A stretch of 64,000 nucleotides of DNA from Patescibacteria group bacterium (lineage in GTDB: Bacteria > Patescibacteriota > JABMPQ01 > JAQVVF01), in assembly GCA_041662665.1 (NCBI GenBank), contig JBAZSC010000001.1, positions 129,511 to 193,510 on the forward strand, read 5' to 3'. A program made the position numbers and the translations under genes. Positions within the stretch are counted from its first letter, which is position 1; every line of letters begins with the position of its first letter. Shown piece by piece: positions 1 through 8,212 of this stretch. The notes beneath the pieces were generated by a model that saw only the letters and a list, made by a program, of their open reading frames with translations, was not told the origin of the DNA and did no database searches.

Positions 1-204
1 AACCGAAATGCCTCAAACTTTAGTTAGGAGATATAGATTTTCCAGAAAAGCTAGTGAAGTCGAAATAAATTCTTGCCATAGTATAAGGCATGAAGGTTGA
101 TTTGCGAGTTTTAAGGTTCAATAAAGAATTTCATATACTATCATATAGGTATATATAATTATAAACGAGTATATAACAATGCGTCAATATGAATGTGTGG
201 ATAA

Positions 205-969
205 TTATGAGTTGACAAAATTTATCAATTTATTATGTAATATTTTATTTGAACAAATCATTGTTTTCATATTTCGCGACCAATTTTTATTAGAAAAATC
301 AGTTACTTTTCCGCCGGCTTCTTCAATAATTAATGTTGATGCCGCATTCCCAAATGGATCTGTTTTGATTGAAATTTTTCCATCAAGTTTTCCGCAAGCA
401 ACATAGCAAGAAGTCAGAGCTCCGCTTTCAAAAGCTCTTAAGCCTCTAATTTTGGGAGCAATTTTTTTTATAATGTTGCAGTTATTATTAAATTGATTTT
501 TAGAATAATGCGCGCTAAATCCAATATTAATTAGCGATGAAGAAAGATTATTGTTTTTAGACACTTTTATTTTTTTGTTATTTAAATATGCTCCTTTATT
601 TTTTTGTGCAAAAAATAGTTCATTCAAACTCGGACAAAAAACTCCGCCAATTTCAATTTTATTTTTATAAATCAATGCAATTGAAACAGAATAGAGTGGA
701 ATTTTTGCTGCAAAGTTTATCGTTGCATCAAGTGGATCAATTATCCATAAATAATCATTTTTTAGTCCAACTGTCCCAATTTCTTCAGACAATATTTGAT
801 GTTTTGGAAAATTATCTTTAATAATTTTTATAATAATTTTTTCCGACAAAAAATCATTTTCAGTCACAATGTCATTCCTAGTTTTTAATTTGAAAGTTTG
901 ATTTTTTAAAAAATTTTCATTTAATTTTTTGCCAGCTGATTTTAAAGCCTTAAGTAATGTTTTTTTCAT
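205..969 (-). CDS. inositol monophosphatase family protein (IMPase/SuhB-like)
   Basis: 254 aa ORF. Motif WIIDPLDAT matches the IMPase metal-binding DPLDGT motif, within an Mg-dependent phosphatase-like sequence context. Confidence 0.65.
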   Translation of the reverse strand: MKKTLLKALKSAGKKLNENFLKNQTFKLKTRNDIVTENDFLSEKIIIKIIKDNFPKHQILSEEIGTVGLKNDYLWIIDPLDATINFAAKIPLYSVSIALIYKNKIEIGGVFCPSLNELFFAQKNKGAYLNNKKIKVSKNNNLSSSLINIGFSAHYSKNQFNNNCNIIKKIAPKIRGLRAFESGALTSCYVACGKLDGKISIKTDPFGNAASTLIIEEAGGKVTDFSNKNWSRNMKTMICSNKILHNKLINFVNS

Positions 970-1003
970 AACAATATTTTATTAGTAAAAAAAGCGATAA
1001 AAA

Positions 1004-2230
1004 TTATCGCTTTACCATTTTCGATGCCTCTTTTAATGCCATACCTAAAAGGTAAGGCCGAAAAGAAGAACGATCAGTACCGCTGACATCTCTACGTCGA
1101 TGAGCCCATTGCATTGCTCTTAAGAAAAACATCATTGAGAAAGCAGAAATAATTCGATGATCAATAGCAATTCCATTACTCCTTAAATAATCAAGCATAT
1201 ATTTTCTGCATTCTTTTACATAATCTCTCAATTCAAATCTCGTTTCAAAATCAATGATCAACTGTCCATTTTTAATCGTTGCATTAAATGATCCATCCCA
1301 TTTTGTTGGACTTGCCATAATTTCTGGAAACCAGTTCGTAAATTTTACGATTCCTTCTGGAAGCAACCGATAATCAACTTTTTCGTTGTCAATTGCATAA
1401 ATATTTTGTTCAGAAGTTACCAGAAAATTTCCAGCGCCTTCATCGCCATGCTGAAGACAAATCCAAGGATAGCTCAAAATATTTTCTTTCATAATCTCAA
1501 ACATTTCCTTTAAAGAAGGCAATTCCAAACCATTTAAAACTAAAGGCAGATCCAAAACTATTCCTAGTTTCATTTTTATAGCATTAATCATTATTGTTGC
1601 TTCTTGCAAAAGATTAAATGTGTCGTCTAGCTTTTCACCATAACCAGCAAATTTTCTAGAATCTTTCAATGCTTTTGTTGCGCACCACATTTTCAGATTC
1701 CGTTTCAAAACTTTCTTTGCAATTGTCCAAACTTTTGCTCTGCTGATAATCAATTCATGCAATGTCTTTGCATTTTCTACGAAAGCTGCTATATGCAGAT
1801 CAGGGTTTACAATTGGAAAAACAGTTGGTGTCAAAAGATGGGGCTTTAATAATTCTGATCCGATTCTCTCACGCCTGCCGACACCTGGTGCGAATTTTGC
1901 GATTGCTCTTCTAATTGCCCAACTATTGGTATCTAGTTCGATAGTACAAAGCAAAGCGCCACTGACACTGCCAGAAGAAAAATTTGAAATTCTTAACGGA
2001 TTCAAATGTTCTGCTCTTAAAACAGTTTCAATATTTCTTGTAACAGATGTAAACAAATCAGAAGAGACAAAGCAAGCACGTTCTTGTAACAATATTTCAA
2101 TTCTTTGCAAAACATCAAAAGTTTCTGCTGTTGGTTCACTTCCAGAAGCTTTGTCAATTGCTGACAGTAAATTCCTTAATGTTTCGTAAAGCGTTTGTAG
2201 AAGTACCAAGTCAACATTTTGCTGTTCCAT
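1004..2230 (-). CDS. kinase-fold phosphotransferase (APH/ChoK family; possibly an anomeric sugar kinase)
   Basis: ICLQHGDEGAGNFLV...IDNE matches the Brenner HxDxxxxN...D motif of the APH/choline-kinase fold. The internal Met (MEQQNVDL) at 2230 sits 5 nt after a GGGAGG SD, whereas the track ORF extends to 2257 without an SD. This gene is somewhat GC-richer than its neighbours. Confidence 0.5.
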   Translation of the reverse strand: MEQQNVDLVLLQTLYETLRNLLSAIDKASGSEPTAETFDVLQRIEILLQERACFVSSDLFTSVTRNIETVLRAEHLNPLRISNFSSGSVSGALLCTIELDTNSWAIRRAIAKFAPGVGRRERIGSELLKPHLLTPTVFPIVNPDLHIAAFVENAKTLHELIISRAKVWTIAKKVLKRNLKMWCATKALKDSRKFAGYGEKLDDTFNLLQEATIMINAIKMKLGIVLDLPLVLNGLELPSLKEMFEIMKENILSYPWICLQHGDEGAGNFLVTSEQNIYAIDNEKVDYRLLPEGIVKFTNWFPEIMASPTKWDGSFNATIKNGQLIIDFETRFELRDYVKECRKYMLDYLRSNGIAIDHRIISAFSMMFFLRAMQWAHRRRDVSGTDRSSFRPYLLGMALKEASKMVKR

Positions 2231-2485
2231 TTTTCCTCCCTCTTTTATTTGAGGCATACATTTTAAGGTACGATAATTTCATATAGTATCATACTTTTTA
2301 GCAACCTAATTATATTTTTTAAAAATTATTAAAGCAATGGTCAGGTTGTGGATAACTTTCTTTGTCCGCCATAGTCCAGCATTTTTCGCAAAAAGTGCTG
2401 GACGAAGGCGGATCAAAACAAAAAAGCCCAAATATTTAGGCTTAAGTAATTTTGTTATTTAGTTATTTTTAATTTAGTTATTTTT

Positions 2486-3322
2486 TTACGCCTGCCATTC
2501 TTTCAACACTCTTTCATAAATTTCAGGTGTAGAAATATCATACCATTCGCCATCAAAATGATAGCCGTACAGATTTCCTTCGCTTGCTAATTTTGGCAAA
2601 ACATCTTCTTCTAATTTTGAATATTCTTTTTTTGGAATTAATTTAATAATCTTTGGATCAATTACAAATATGCCAGCTGAAATTAATCTGGAAAGATTCG
2701 GTTTTTTTTCTGGCTTTTCCAAAAATCCTAATATTTTTGAACCTCTTAATTTCACAACTCCATAACCTTCTGGATTTGGGACAGATGTTAAAGCGATTGT
2801 TGCCAAGCCTCCTTCTTCTTTATGGAATGCCAGCATATCTTTCAAATCAACATTCGCTAAAGTATCGCCATATAACATCAAAAAAGATTCATCAGTCAAA
2901 TATTTTTTAGCTTTTAATAATGCTTTGGCAGTTCCAACTTTTTTCTTGCACATCACATAAGTAATGCTAACACCAAATTTTTTTCCATCGCCAAAATATT
3001 TTTTTATTTTTTCTGACATGTGCCCAACCAAAATAATAATATCTTTTATTTCATTATCTCTTAACTGTTCAATAATATGCTGTAAAATCGGTTTGCCTTT
3101 GACTGGCAACATTGATTTTGGCATTTCATAAGTGAATGGTCGCATCTTGACGCCTTGTCCAGCTGCCAGCAAATAAGCTTTTTTGACTCTTGATCGCAAA
3201 CTTTTCAAAACTAAATACTCGATCGCATGTGATCGATTTCTAATTTTTTCGCCATCAATAACTTTGTCAATTTGTGGCAAAATATCTTTTCGTAATGTTA
3301 TTGTTAATCTTGATCTTTCCAT
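2486..3322 (-). CDS. sugar-1-phosphate nucleotidyltransferase with an N-terminal ribbon-helix-helix (CopG-like) domain
   Basis: The N-terminus RLTITLRKDILPQIDKVIDG...RNRSHAIEYLVLKSL has an RHH beta-alpha-alpha pattern. It is followed by LLAAGQGVKMRPFTYEMPKSMLPV...GDG..FG, the signature of the NDP-sugar pyrophosphorylase (RmlA/MurU/GlmU N-domain) family. Confidence 0.65.
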   Translation of the reverse strand: MERSRLTITLRKDILPQIDKVIDGEKIRNRSHAIEYLVLKSLRSRVKKAYLLAAGQGVKMRPFTYEMPKSMLPVKGKPILQHIIEQLRDNEIKDIIILVGHMSEKIKKYFGDGKKFGVSITYVMCKKKVGTAKALLKAKKYLTDESFLMLYGDTLANVDLKDMLAFHKEEGGLATIALTSVPNPEGYGVVKLRGSKILGFLEKPEKKPNLSRLISAGIFVIDPKIIKLIPKKEYSKLEEDVLPKLASEGNLYGYHFDGEWYDISTPEIYERVLKEWQA

Positions 3323-3481
3323 GAATTTTTCATGAAGTTCATAATGTTATAAAGTTATAAAGTTCGTAAAGTCGGCAATGACTTTATAACTTTAAAAACT
3401 TTAAGAACTTTATAAACTTGTTTTATACTTTAAATTATACTATCATAAAGCTAGTTTTATTTCAACAGTAAAAATATAATT

Positions 3482-4492
3482 ATGCAAAACACAGTTGATA
3501 AATCAAATTTCAAAGACGTTGTAAAAAATTATCCAAAACAATTTGCCAAAGCTCTAGATTTTGCCAAGGATGTTAAAATCGAAGGTCAGTTTGAAAATGT
3601 CATTGTTTGTGGTTTGGGAGGATCTGCCTTGCCAGTTGATATGGTGATTTCATATTTAAAATCAAAAAATATTAATTTTCCGATTTCAGTTTGCCGAAAT
3701 TATACCTTGCCAGTAGAGGCCAATGAAAAAAGTTTGATCATTGCTTCATCTTTTTCAGGTTCAACTGAAGAAACAATTTCTTGTCTCAACGAAGCATTAG
3801 CAAAAAATTACAAAGTTGTTGGCATTGCTCGTGGTAAAGATATTTTAGAAATTTGTCAGTCAAAAAATATTCCATATATTCAATATCCAGATGATGGCCC
3901 AACATTCCAGCCTCGTTGTGCATCAGGCTATATTTTTACATCAATTGTAACGATTTTATCTAAAATAAAAGTTTTAGAAAATATTGAAAATGATTTAACA
4001 AATTTAGGTAAATTTTTAGAATCAATAAATATAGAACAAGAAAAAGCTGGTCAAGAATTAGCGCCTAAATTAAAAAATAATATTCCATTAATTTATACAA
4101 CAGAATTTTATCGCGATTCTATAGCTCGCATTTTTAAAATCAAATTAAATGAAAATGCAAAGACGCAAAGTTTTTTCAATTATTTTCCAGAATTGAATCA
4201 TAATGAAATGGTTGGTTTTACAAATTTAGTTGGCAAATATTTTATCATAATTCTGCAAGATCCAAATGATCATGACCGAAACAAAAAAAGAATGAATATT
4301 TTTAAAAATCTTTTAGAACAAAAAGGAATTAGTGTTGAAATTATCTTGATGAAAGGAAATTCTGTTTTAGAAAAAATATTTGCATCTTCACTTTTGGCAG
4401 ATTGGACTTCATATTATTTAGCTTTAGCTTATAATCAAGATCCAACGCCAGTAAATATGGTTGAAGAATTTAAAGAATTGATGAAAAAATAG
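3482..4492 (+). CDS. bifunctional phosphoglucose/phosphomannose isomerase-like SIS-domain protein
   Basis: 336 aa. VIVCGLGGSALP is a SIS-domain glycine-rich loop. Size and layout resemble archaeal-type PGI/PMI. Confidence 0.5.
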   Translation: MQNTVDKSNFKDVVKNYPKQFAKALDFAKDVKIEGQFENVIVCGLGGSALPVDMVISYLKSKNINFPISVCRNYTLPVEANEKSLIIASSFSGSTEETISCLNEALAKNYKVVGIARGKDILEICQSKNIPYIQYPDDGPTFQPRCASGYIFTSIVTILSKIKVLENIENDLTNLGKFLESINIEQEKAGQELAPKLKNNIPLIYTTEFYRDSIARIFKIKLNENAKTQSFFNYFPELNHNEMVGFTNLVGKYFIIILQDPNDHDRNKKRMNIFKNLLEQKGISVEIILMKGNSVLEKIFASSLLADWTSYYLALAYNQDPTPVNMVEEFKELMKK

Positions 4493-4521
4493 TTGACTGT
4501 TTAATCAAATTTTGTTTTAAT
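4493..4521 (+). promoter_or_regulatory. sigma70-like promoter (cassette A): TTGACT - 17 nt - TTTAAT
   Basis: Near-consensus -35, 17-nt spacer and -10, followed by a short leader with a GGAGGAG SD. One of three near-identical copies (approximate coordinates). Confidence 0.55.
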
Positions 4522-4549
4522 TTACGTAGCACCCTAACAGGAGGAGAGA

Positions 4550-4705
4550 ATGGATAGAGACAAAACTGCGATTGATCAAGAAGCTTTGCAATGGCTTCGG
4601 CAAAAAGAAAATAGTCGAAAAGTCATTATTGTAATTGACGATTTCAGCCTAAGAGTTTTACAGAAAGCTGTCAGTCCATTGTCAGTTCTGATCTCCGCAA
4701 ATTAG
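4550..4705 (+). CDS. small hypothetical protein (51 aa), first gene of cassette A
   Basis: ATG 8 nt after a GGAGGAG SD. Not in the ORF track because it is below the length cutoff. Sequence is MDRDKTAIDQEALQWLRQKENSRKVIIVIDDF... Confidence 0.4.
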   Translation: MDRDKTAIDQEALQWLRQKENSRKVIIVIDDFSLRVLQKAVSPLSVLISAN

Positions 4706-4732
4706 TTGTGATAGCAAAGAAGGAGGACAACG

Positions 4733-4921
4733 ATGGCCGATCAAAACAAAGAAAAGCAATTATCCGGATTTGAACAATTTGTTTTTGATCCCAAATCAAC
4801 TTTAAGCGCAACAGATCAAATGCTTGCCTGGCTAAAAAGACATGAAGAAGAAATTGCAGCAGCAGATAGAGAATCTGAAGCAGAATTTAGAAAAGCGCAA
4901 CCAATTTTTGATAAGTTCTGA
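4733..4921 (+). CDS. small hypothetical acidic protein (62 aa), second gene of cassette A
   Basis: ATG preceded by AAGGAGGA. Ends just before a hairpin + T-run terminator. Confidence 0.5.
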   Translation: MADQNKEKQLSGFEQFVFDPKSTLSATDQMLAWLKRHEEEIAAADRESEAEFRKAQPIFDKF

Positions 4922-4936
4922 TTCAGTCGAACTTTT

Positions 4937-4960
4937 TAGAGCTTAATTGCTCTTTTTTAT
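4937..4960 (+). terminator. rho-independent terminator AGAGC-ttaatt-GCTCT + T-run (cassette A)
   Basis: Stem-loop followed by TTTTTT. One of three near-identical copies (5388-5411 and 5870-5895 are the others). Confidence 0.55.
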
Positions 4961-4975
4961 ATTCAAAAATTAATA

Positions 4976-5004
4976 TTGACACATCGTTTAGATTTTGTTT
5001 TAAT
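4976..5004 (+). promoter_or_regulatory. sigma70-like promoter (cassette B): TTGACA - 17 nt - TTTAAT
   Basis: Consensus -35, 17-nt spacer, -10 TTTAAT, then the leader AGTACCTTGAGAGGAGG. Confidence 0.6.
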
Positions 5005-5032
5005 CTATACAGTACCTTGAGAGGAGGAAGCA

Positions 5033-5389
5033 GTGGATCAGACAATCAAGCAAATGCTCGAAAAGAAACTTCAACAAGCGCAAGAATCATCTGATTCAGT
5101 TCAAATTGCAATTGTTGAAAAAACTTTAGCAGCCTTAAGTCAAGAAATTTTATCAATTGTCATTCCAGAAGATTTACCATCTGGTCGTCATGGACTTATG
5201 AGCGAAAATAAACTGAGAACTGTTGTCAAGCTGGTTAGATTAATGCTAAGAAGTCATAATGATTCGGAATGGCAATTTTTCCTTGATTTCGTAAATAAAG
5301 TCAATCAATTGCAAACTGCATTTGATGTTGATTTAGACGAGCAAGAAAAGATTTTGGATCAAATCACTGGTAGAAATTGTACAGTTTAG
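5033..5389 (+). CDS. small hypothetical helical protein (118 aa, GTG start), cassette B
   Basis: GTG start 6-7 nt after a GAGGAGG SD. The stop codon overlaps a terminator hairpin. Confidence 0.5.
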   Translation: MDQTIKQMLEKKLQQAQESSDSVQIAIVEKTLAALSQEILSIVIPEDLPSGRHGLMSENKLRTVVKLVRLMLRSHNDSEWQFFLDFVNKVNQLQTAFDVDLDEQEKILDQITGRNCTV

Positions 5390-5411
5390 AGCAATTTATG
5401 CTCTTTTTTTA
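5388..5411 (+). terminator. rho-independent terminator AGAGCAatttaTGCTCT + T7 (cassette B)
   Basis: Near-identical to the terminators at 4937 and 5870. Confidence 0.6.
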
Positions 5412-5427
5412 TCCTCAAAAATTATTG

Positions 5428-5456
5428 TTGACAGTCAATTCAAAATTTGTTTTAAT
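5428..5456 (+). promoter_or_regulatory. sigma70-like promoter (cassette C): TTGACA - 17 nt - TTTAAT
   Basis: Third copy of the same promoter module, followed by the leader AGTACCTTGGGAGGAGAGGAGGG. Confidence 0.6.
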
Positions 5457-5488
5457 TTAACAGTACCTTGGGAGGAGAGGAGGGAAAG

Positions 5489-5851
5489 GTGACTGTTAGG
5501 GAAATGATCGAAGCTAGAATCAGAGAAGCAGAAAGATTGGAAATTGTACAAGAACAAATTGATTTCTTAAGAACAGTTGAAAACAAGCTTTCAGAAATTG
5601 ATCCAAACATTCTAAGCATTAGTATGCCAGATAGATCGATACCTCCAAGTTGGTTTAGCGAAGTTGAAAGGAATGTCTTGATCGATCTTGTCGAACTATT
5701 CATAAAAGCAAAAACAGTAACTGAGCGAGCAACTTTTCTTGATATGATTAGAAGAGTTCATACCGAAAAAGGAAATAGGAAATTTGATTTTAGCGTTTCT
5801 GATTATCATGCAGTTAGTCGCGCAATTTGCCCTCTACAATCTAGCACTTGA
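5489..5851 (+). CDS. small hypothetical helical protein (about 120 aa, probable GTG start), cassette C
   Basis: The track ORF starts at TTG 5468 inside the SD-like GGAGGAGAGGAGGG run, so GTG 5489 (MTVREMIEAR...) is the more plausible start. Shares a loose pattern with the cassette B protein. Confidence 0.45.
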   Translation: MTVREMIEARIREAERLEIVQEQIDFLRTVENKLSEIDPNILSISMPDRSIPPSWFSEVERNVLIDLVELFIKAKTVTERATFLDMIRRVHTEKGNRKFDFSVSDYHAVSRAICPLQSST

Positions 5852-5869
5852 ATGCACTTTTATCCTAAT

Positions 5870-5895
5870 AGAGCAGTTTATGCTCTTTTTTTATT
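5870..5895 (+). terminator. rho-independent terminator AGAGCAgtttaTGCTCT + T7 (cassette C)
   Basis: Third copy of the terminator module. Confidence 0.6.
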
Positions 5896-5944
5896 TTTAA
5901 AAATTTATTATAATAAAATTAATTTAAAAAATAAGGAGGGAAAA

Positions 5945-8212
5945 ATGTTAAAACAAAGAAACAGTTTTAGAATATTTTGTATTTGCCTTGCCATTTTTTT
6001 GGGAGGCTTTTTTATTTGGCCAAATATTAGTTTTGCGAGTTTTCAAGATGTTATTATTAACGAACTAATGTGGATGGGATCAAGCGAATTTGGCTCAACT
6101 GATGAATGGCTGGAATTAAAAAATTTAACAAATCAAGATATTGATTTTAGTCAGACAAATTTCGCAATCTTCAAAAATGACGCAATAATGTTATCCATTA
6201 ATAATGGCTTTCTTAAGGCAAATGATTATTTTTTAATTTCCAGAAAAGATAAAGATAATTCTATTTTAAATATTAATCCTGATTTAGTTGCATCTTTTAC
6301 ATTAAATAATACTGAAACAAATTATAAATTGTATGATTCTGGAAATAATTTAATTGATGAAATTAAAGCGCCATTAGCTGGTCTTAATAATGAAACAAAA
6401 GTTTCAATGGAAAGAAATCAAGAGCCAGACAATGGTTTGCTTGCAACGGACTGGCATAATGCGCAAACAAAAATTAATTTAGATGAAAATTCAACTGCAC
6501 TAGCAACTCCAAAATCAGAAAATAGCCAGACTCAACAACAGCCAGAAATTTTTCCAGATCAAATATTTATTAATGAAATTCTGCCAAATCCCAAAGATTC
6601 AGATGATGCTGAATTTATTGAGCTTTATAATAATAATTCATTTGAAGTTGATTTATTAAATTGGCAAATTGGCGATAGCACAACTTCTCGTTACATAATC
6701 AAAGCTTCTGATTTCGCAGACACAAAAATTAAATCTAAAAATTATTTTCTTTTGCCAAAATCAATTACTAATTTAACATTAAATAATGATTTAGATTCTG
6801 TAAAAATTTATCAGCCAAATCAAAATTTATTAAATCAAATTGATTATCAAAATTGTTTAGAAGGTCAAAGCTATAACAAACTTAGCGATAATAATTGGCA
6901 ATGGTCAACGACTTTAACGCCAAATTCAGCAAATATAATTACAACGCCAACTGAAATTATTGATGATCAAAATAATAATCCAGTTGAAATAAAAGAGGAA
7001 GAATTAACAATTCCAGCTGGTCCATATTCTAAAAAAATAATTATTACCGAATTTTTGCCAAATCCAAAAGGATCAGATTCAGAATTAAAAGGCGAATTTA
7101 TAGAAATAAAAAATGTTGATTCAAAAAATATAGATCTCTATGGCTGGTACATTGATGATCAAAAAGATGGTTCAACGCCTTATCAAATAAAAAATCATTT
7201 GCAATTAAAACCAAATCAATATTATGTTTTTTATAAAGGCGAAACAAAATTATCTTTAAATAATTCTAATGAATCTGCCAGAATTTTATTGCCAGACAAA
7301 AAAGTTCTGCAAGAAATAAAATTTACAGGCACTGCAAAAGAAGCCGAGTCTTACGCGCTCAAAGATAATAAATGGCAATGGACAACGACTTTAACGCCTG
7401 GCAAAGATAACATTATAAAACAACAAAACAACGAAACAACAAAACAAGACGAAAACACCGAAACACCAGAACAAAAAAACACCGAAACAAACGTCATGAC
7501 AATCAAAGAAGTTCGCGGTTTAAAACGTTATGACACTTTAAAAACAACTGGCATTGTTATTGTTCCTCCAAAAACAATTTCTCAAACTTCATTCTATATT
7601 CAAGACGAAACAGCTGGCATCCAAATTTATTTTTCCAAAAAAGATTTTCCAAATTTAAAATTAGGCGACAAAATTGAAGTTAGCGGAAAATTATCAGAAG
7701 CCTCAAATGAAAAAAGAATTTTAATTGCTAGCAAAGACGATTTTAAAATTTTAGCCAATAATCAAAATTTGAAGCCTGCGCAAATTGAAACTGGCAAAGT
7801 TTCTGAAGATTTGGAAGGAGAATTTGTCATAACTTCTGGCCAATTAGAAAAATCAGTTGGTGGAACATTCTATATCAATGATGGTTCAAAGACTCTCAAA
7901 GTTTATATTCCAACAGATTCGAAAATAGAAAAACCGAAATTAAAAAAAGGCGATTGGGTAACAGTTCAAGGCATTATCAGCGAGACATCAAGCGGTTATC
8001 GTTTAATTCCTCGTTTTACAAGCGACATCAAAGCTGGAAAATTTTCTTTAAATCCAAGTCTTGGTCTAACCCAAATTCCAAAAGCCGGAGCAGATTCCAA
8101 AATATTTCTAATTTTATCTTTTGCAATCATTTTAATTTATTTATCAAAAGTATATGCCAAAAGCATTAGAACGAAAATTAAAGAAACAAGCCAAGAAAAA
8201 AGGTCTAGGTAA
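5945..8212 (+). CDS. surface-anchored protein with lamin-tail-domain (LTD) repeats and a C-terminal OB-fold-like region; possible extracellular DNA-binding protein
   Basis: ATG at 5945 lies 5 nt after AAGGAGGG. Signal peptide LAIFLGGFFIWPNISFA. Three LTD-like segments (INELMWMGSSEFGSTDEWLELKN; INEILPNPKDSDDAEFIELYN; ITEFLPNPKGSDSELKGEFIEIKN). The C-terminal third (YIQDETAGIQIYF...WVTVQGII) looks like an OB fold, followed by a terminal TM anchor. No nuclease catalytic domain was seen. Confidence 0.6.
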   Translation: MLKQRNSFRIFCICLAIFLGGFFIWPNISFASFQDVIINELMWMGSSEFGSTDEWLELKNLTNQDIDFSQTNFAIFKNDAIMLSINNGFLKANDYFLISRKDKDNSILNINPDLVASFTLNNTETNYKLYDSGNNLIDEIKAPLAGLNNETKVSMERNQEPDNGLLATDWHNAQTKINLDENSTALATPKSENSQTQQQPEIFPDQIFINEILPNPKDSDDAEFIELYNNNSFEVDLLNWQIGDSTTSRYIIKASDFADTKIKSKNYFLLPKSITNLTLNNDLDSVKIYQPNQNLLNQIDYQNCLEGQSYNKLSDNNWQWSTTLTPNSANIITTPTEIIDDQNNNPVEIKEEELTIPAGPYSKKIIITEFLPNPKGSDSELKGEFIEIKNVDSKNIDLYGWYIDDQKDGSTPYQIKNHLQLKPNQYYVFYKGETKLSLNNSNESARILLPDKKVLQEIKFTGTAKEAESYALKDNKWQWTTTLTPGKDNIIKQQNNETTKQDENTETPEQKNTETNVMTIKEVRGLKRYDTLKTTGIVIVPPKTISQTSFYIQDETAGIQIYFSKKDFPNLKLGDKIEVSGKLSEASNEKRILIASKDDFKILANNQNLKPAQIETGKVSEDLEGEFVITSGQLEKSVGGTFYINDGSKTLKVYIPTDSKIEKPKLKKGDWVTVQGIISETSSGYRLIPRFTSDIKAGKFSLNPSLGLTQIPKAGADSKIFLILSFAIILIYLSKVYAKSIRTKIKETSQEKRSR

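Noticed and set aside
588-821. 77-aa plus-strand ORF inside the IMPase-like gene. The same applies to other antisense or overlapping track ORFs at 1926-2189, 2653-2910, 7954-8169, 9490-9693, 9917-10264, 13157-13345, 14447-14830, 15009-15242, 15050-15286, 15280-15498, 15959-16204, 18410-18977, 19265-19513, 22637-22843, 24515-24730, 25043-25342, 29172-29381, 29625-30053, 30123-30350, 33152-33340, 33549-33779, 34227-34454, 36710-36967, 37076-37327, 38518-38718, 44123-44377, 44416-44601, 44630-44845, 48858-49214, 49584-50021, 52538-52738, 53021-53218, 53811-54017, 55207-55645, 56322-56813, 59093-59573, 59904-60203, 61446-61655 and 62057-62285.
   Set aside because: Each is fully embedded in or antisense to a longer ORF with clear homology or motifs. 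They lack SD sequences and show low-complexity or shadow-ORF composition typical of AT-rich DNA.
4493-5895. Cassette array considered as an integron or CRISPR leader
   Set aside because: No integrase or attC-like imperfect palindromes of integron type were seen. The repeated unit is a promoter+terminator module, not a recombination site. No repeat-spacer structure is present.
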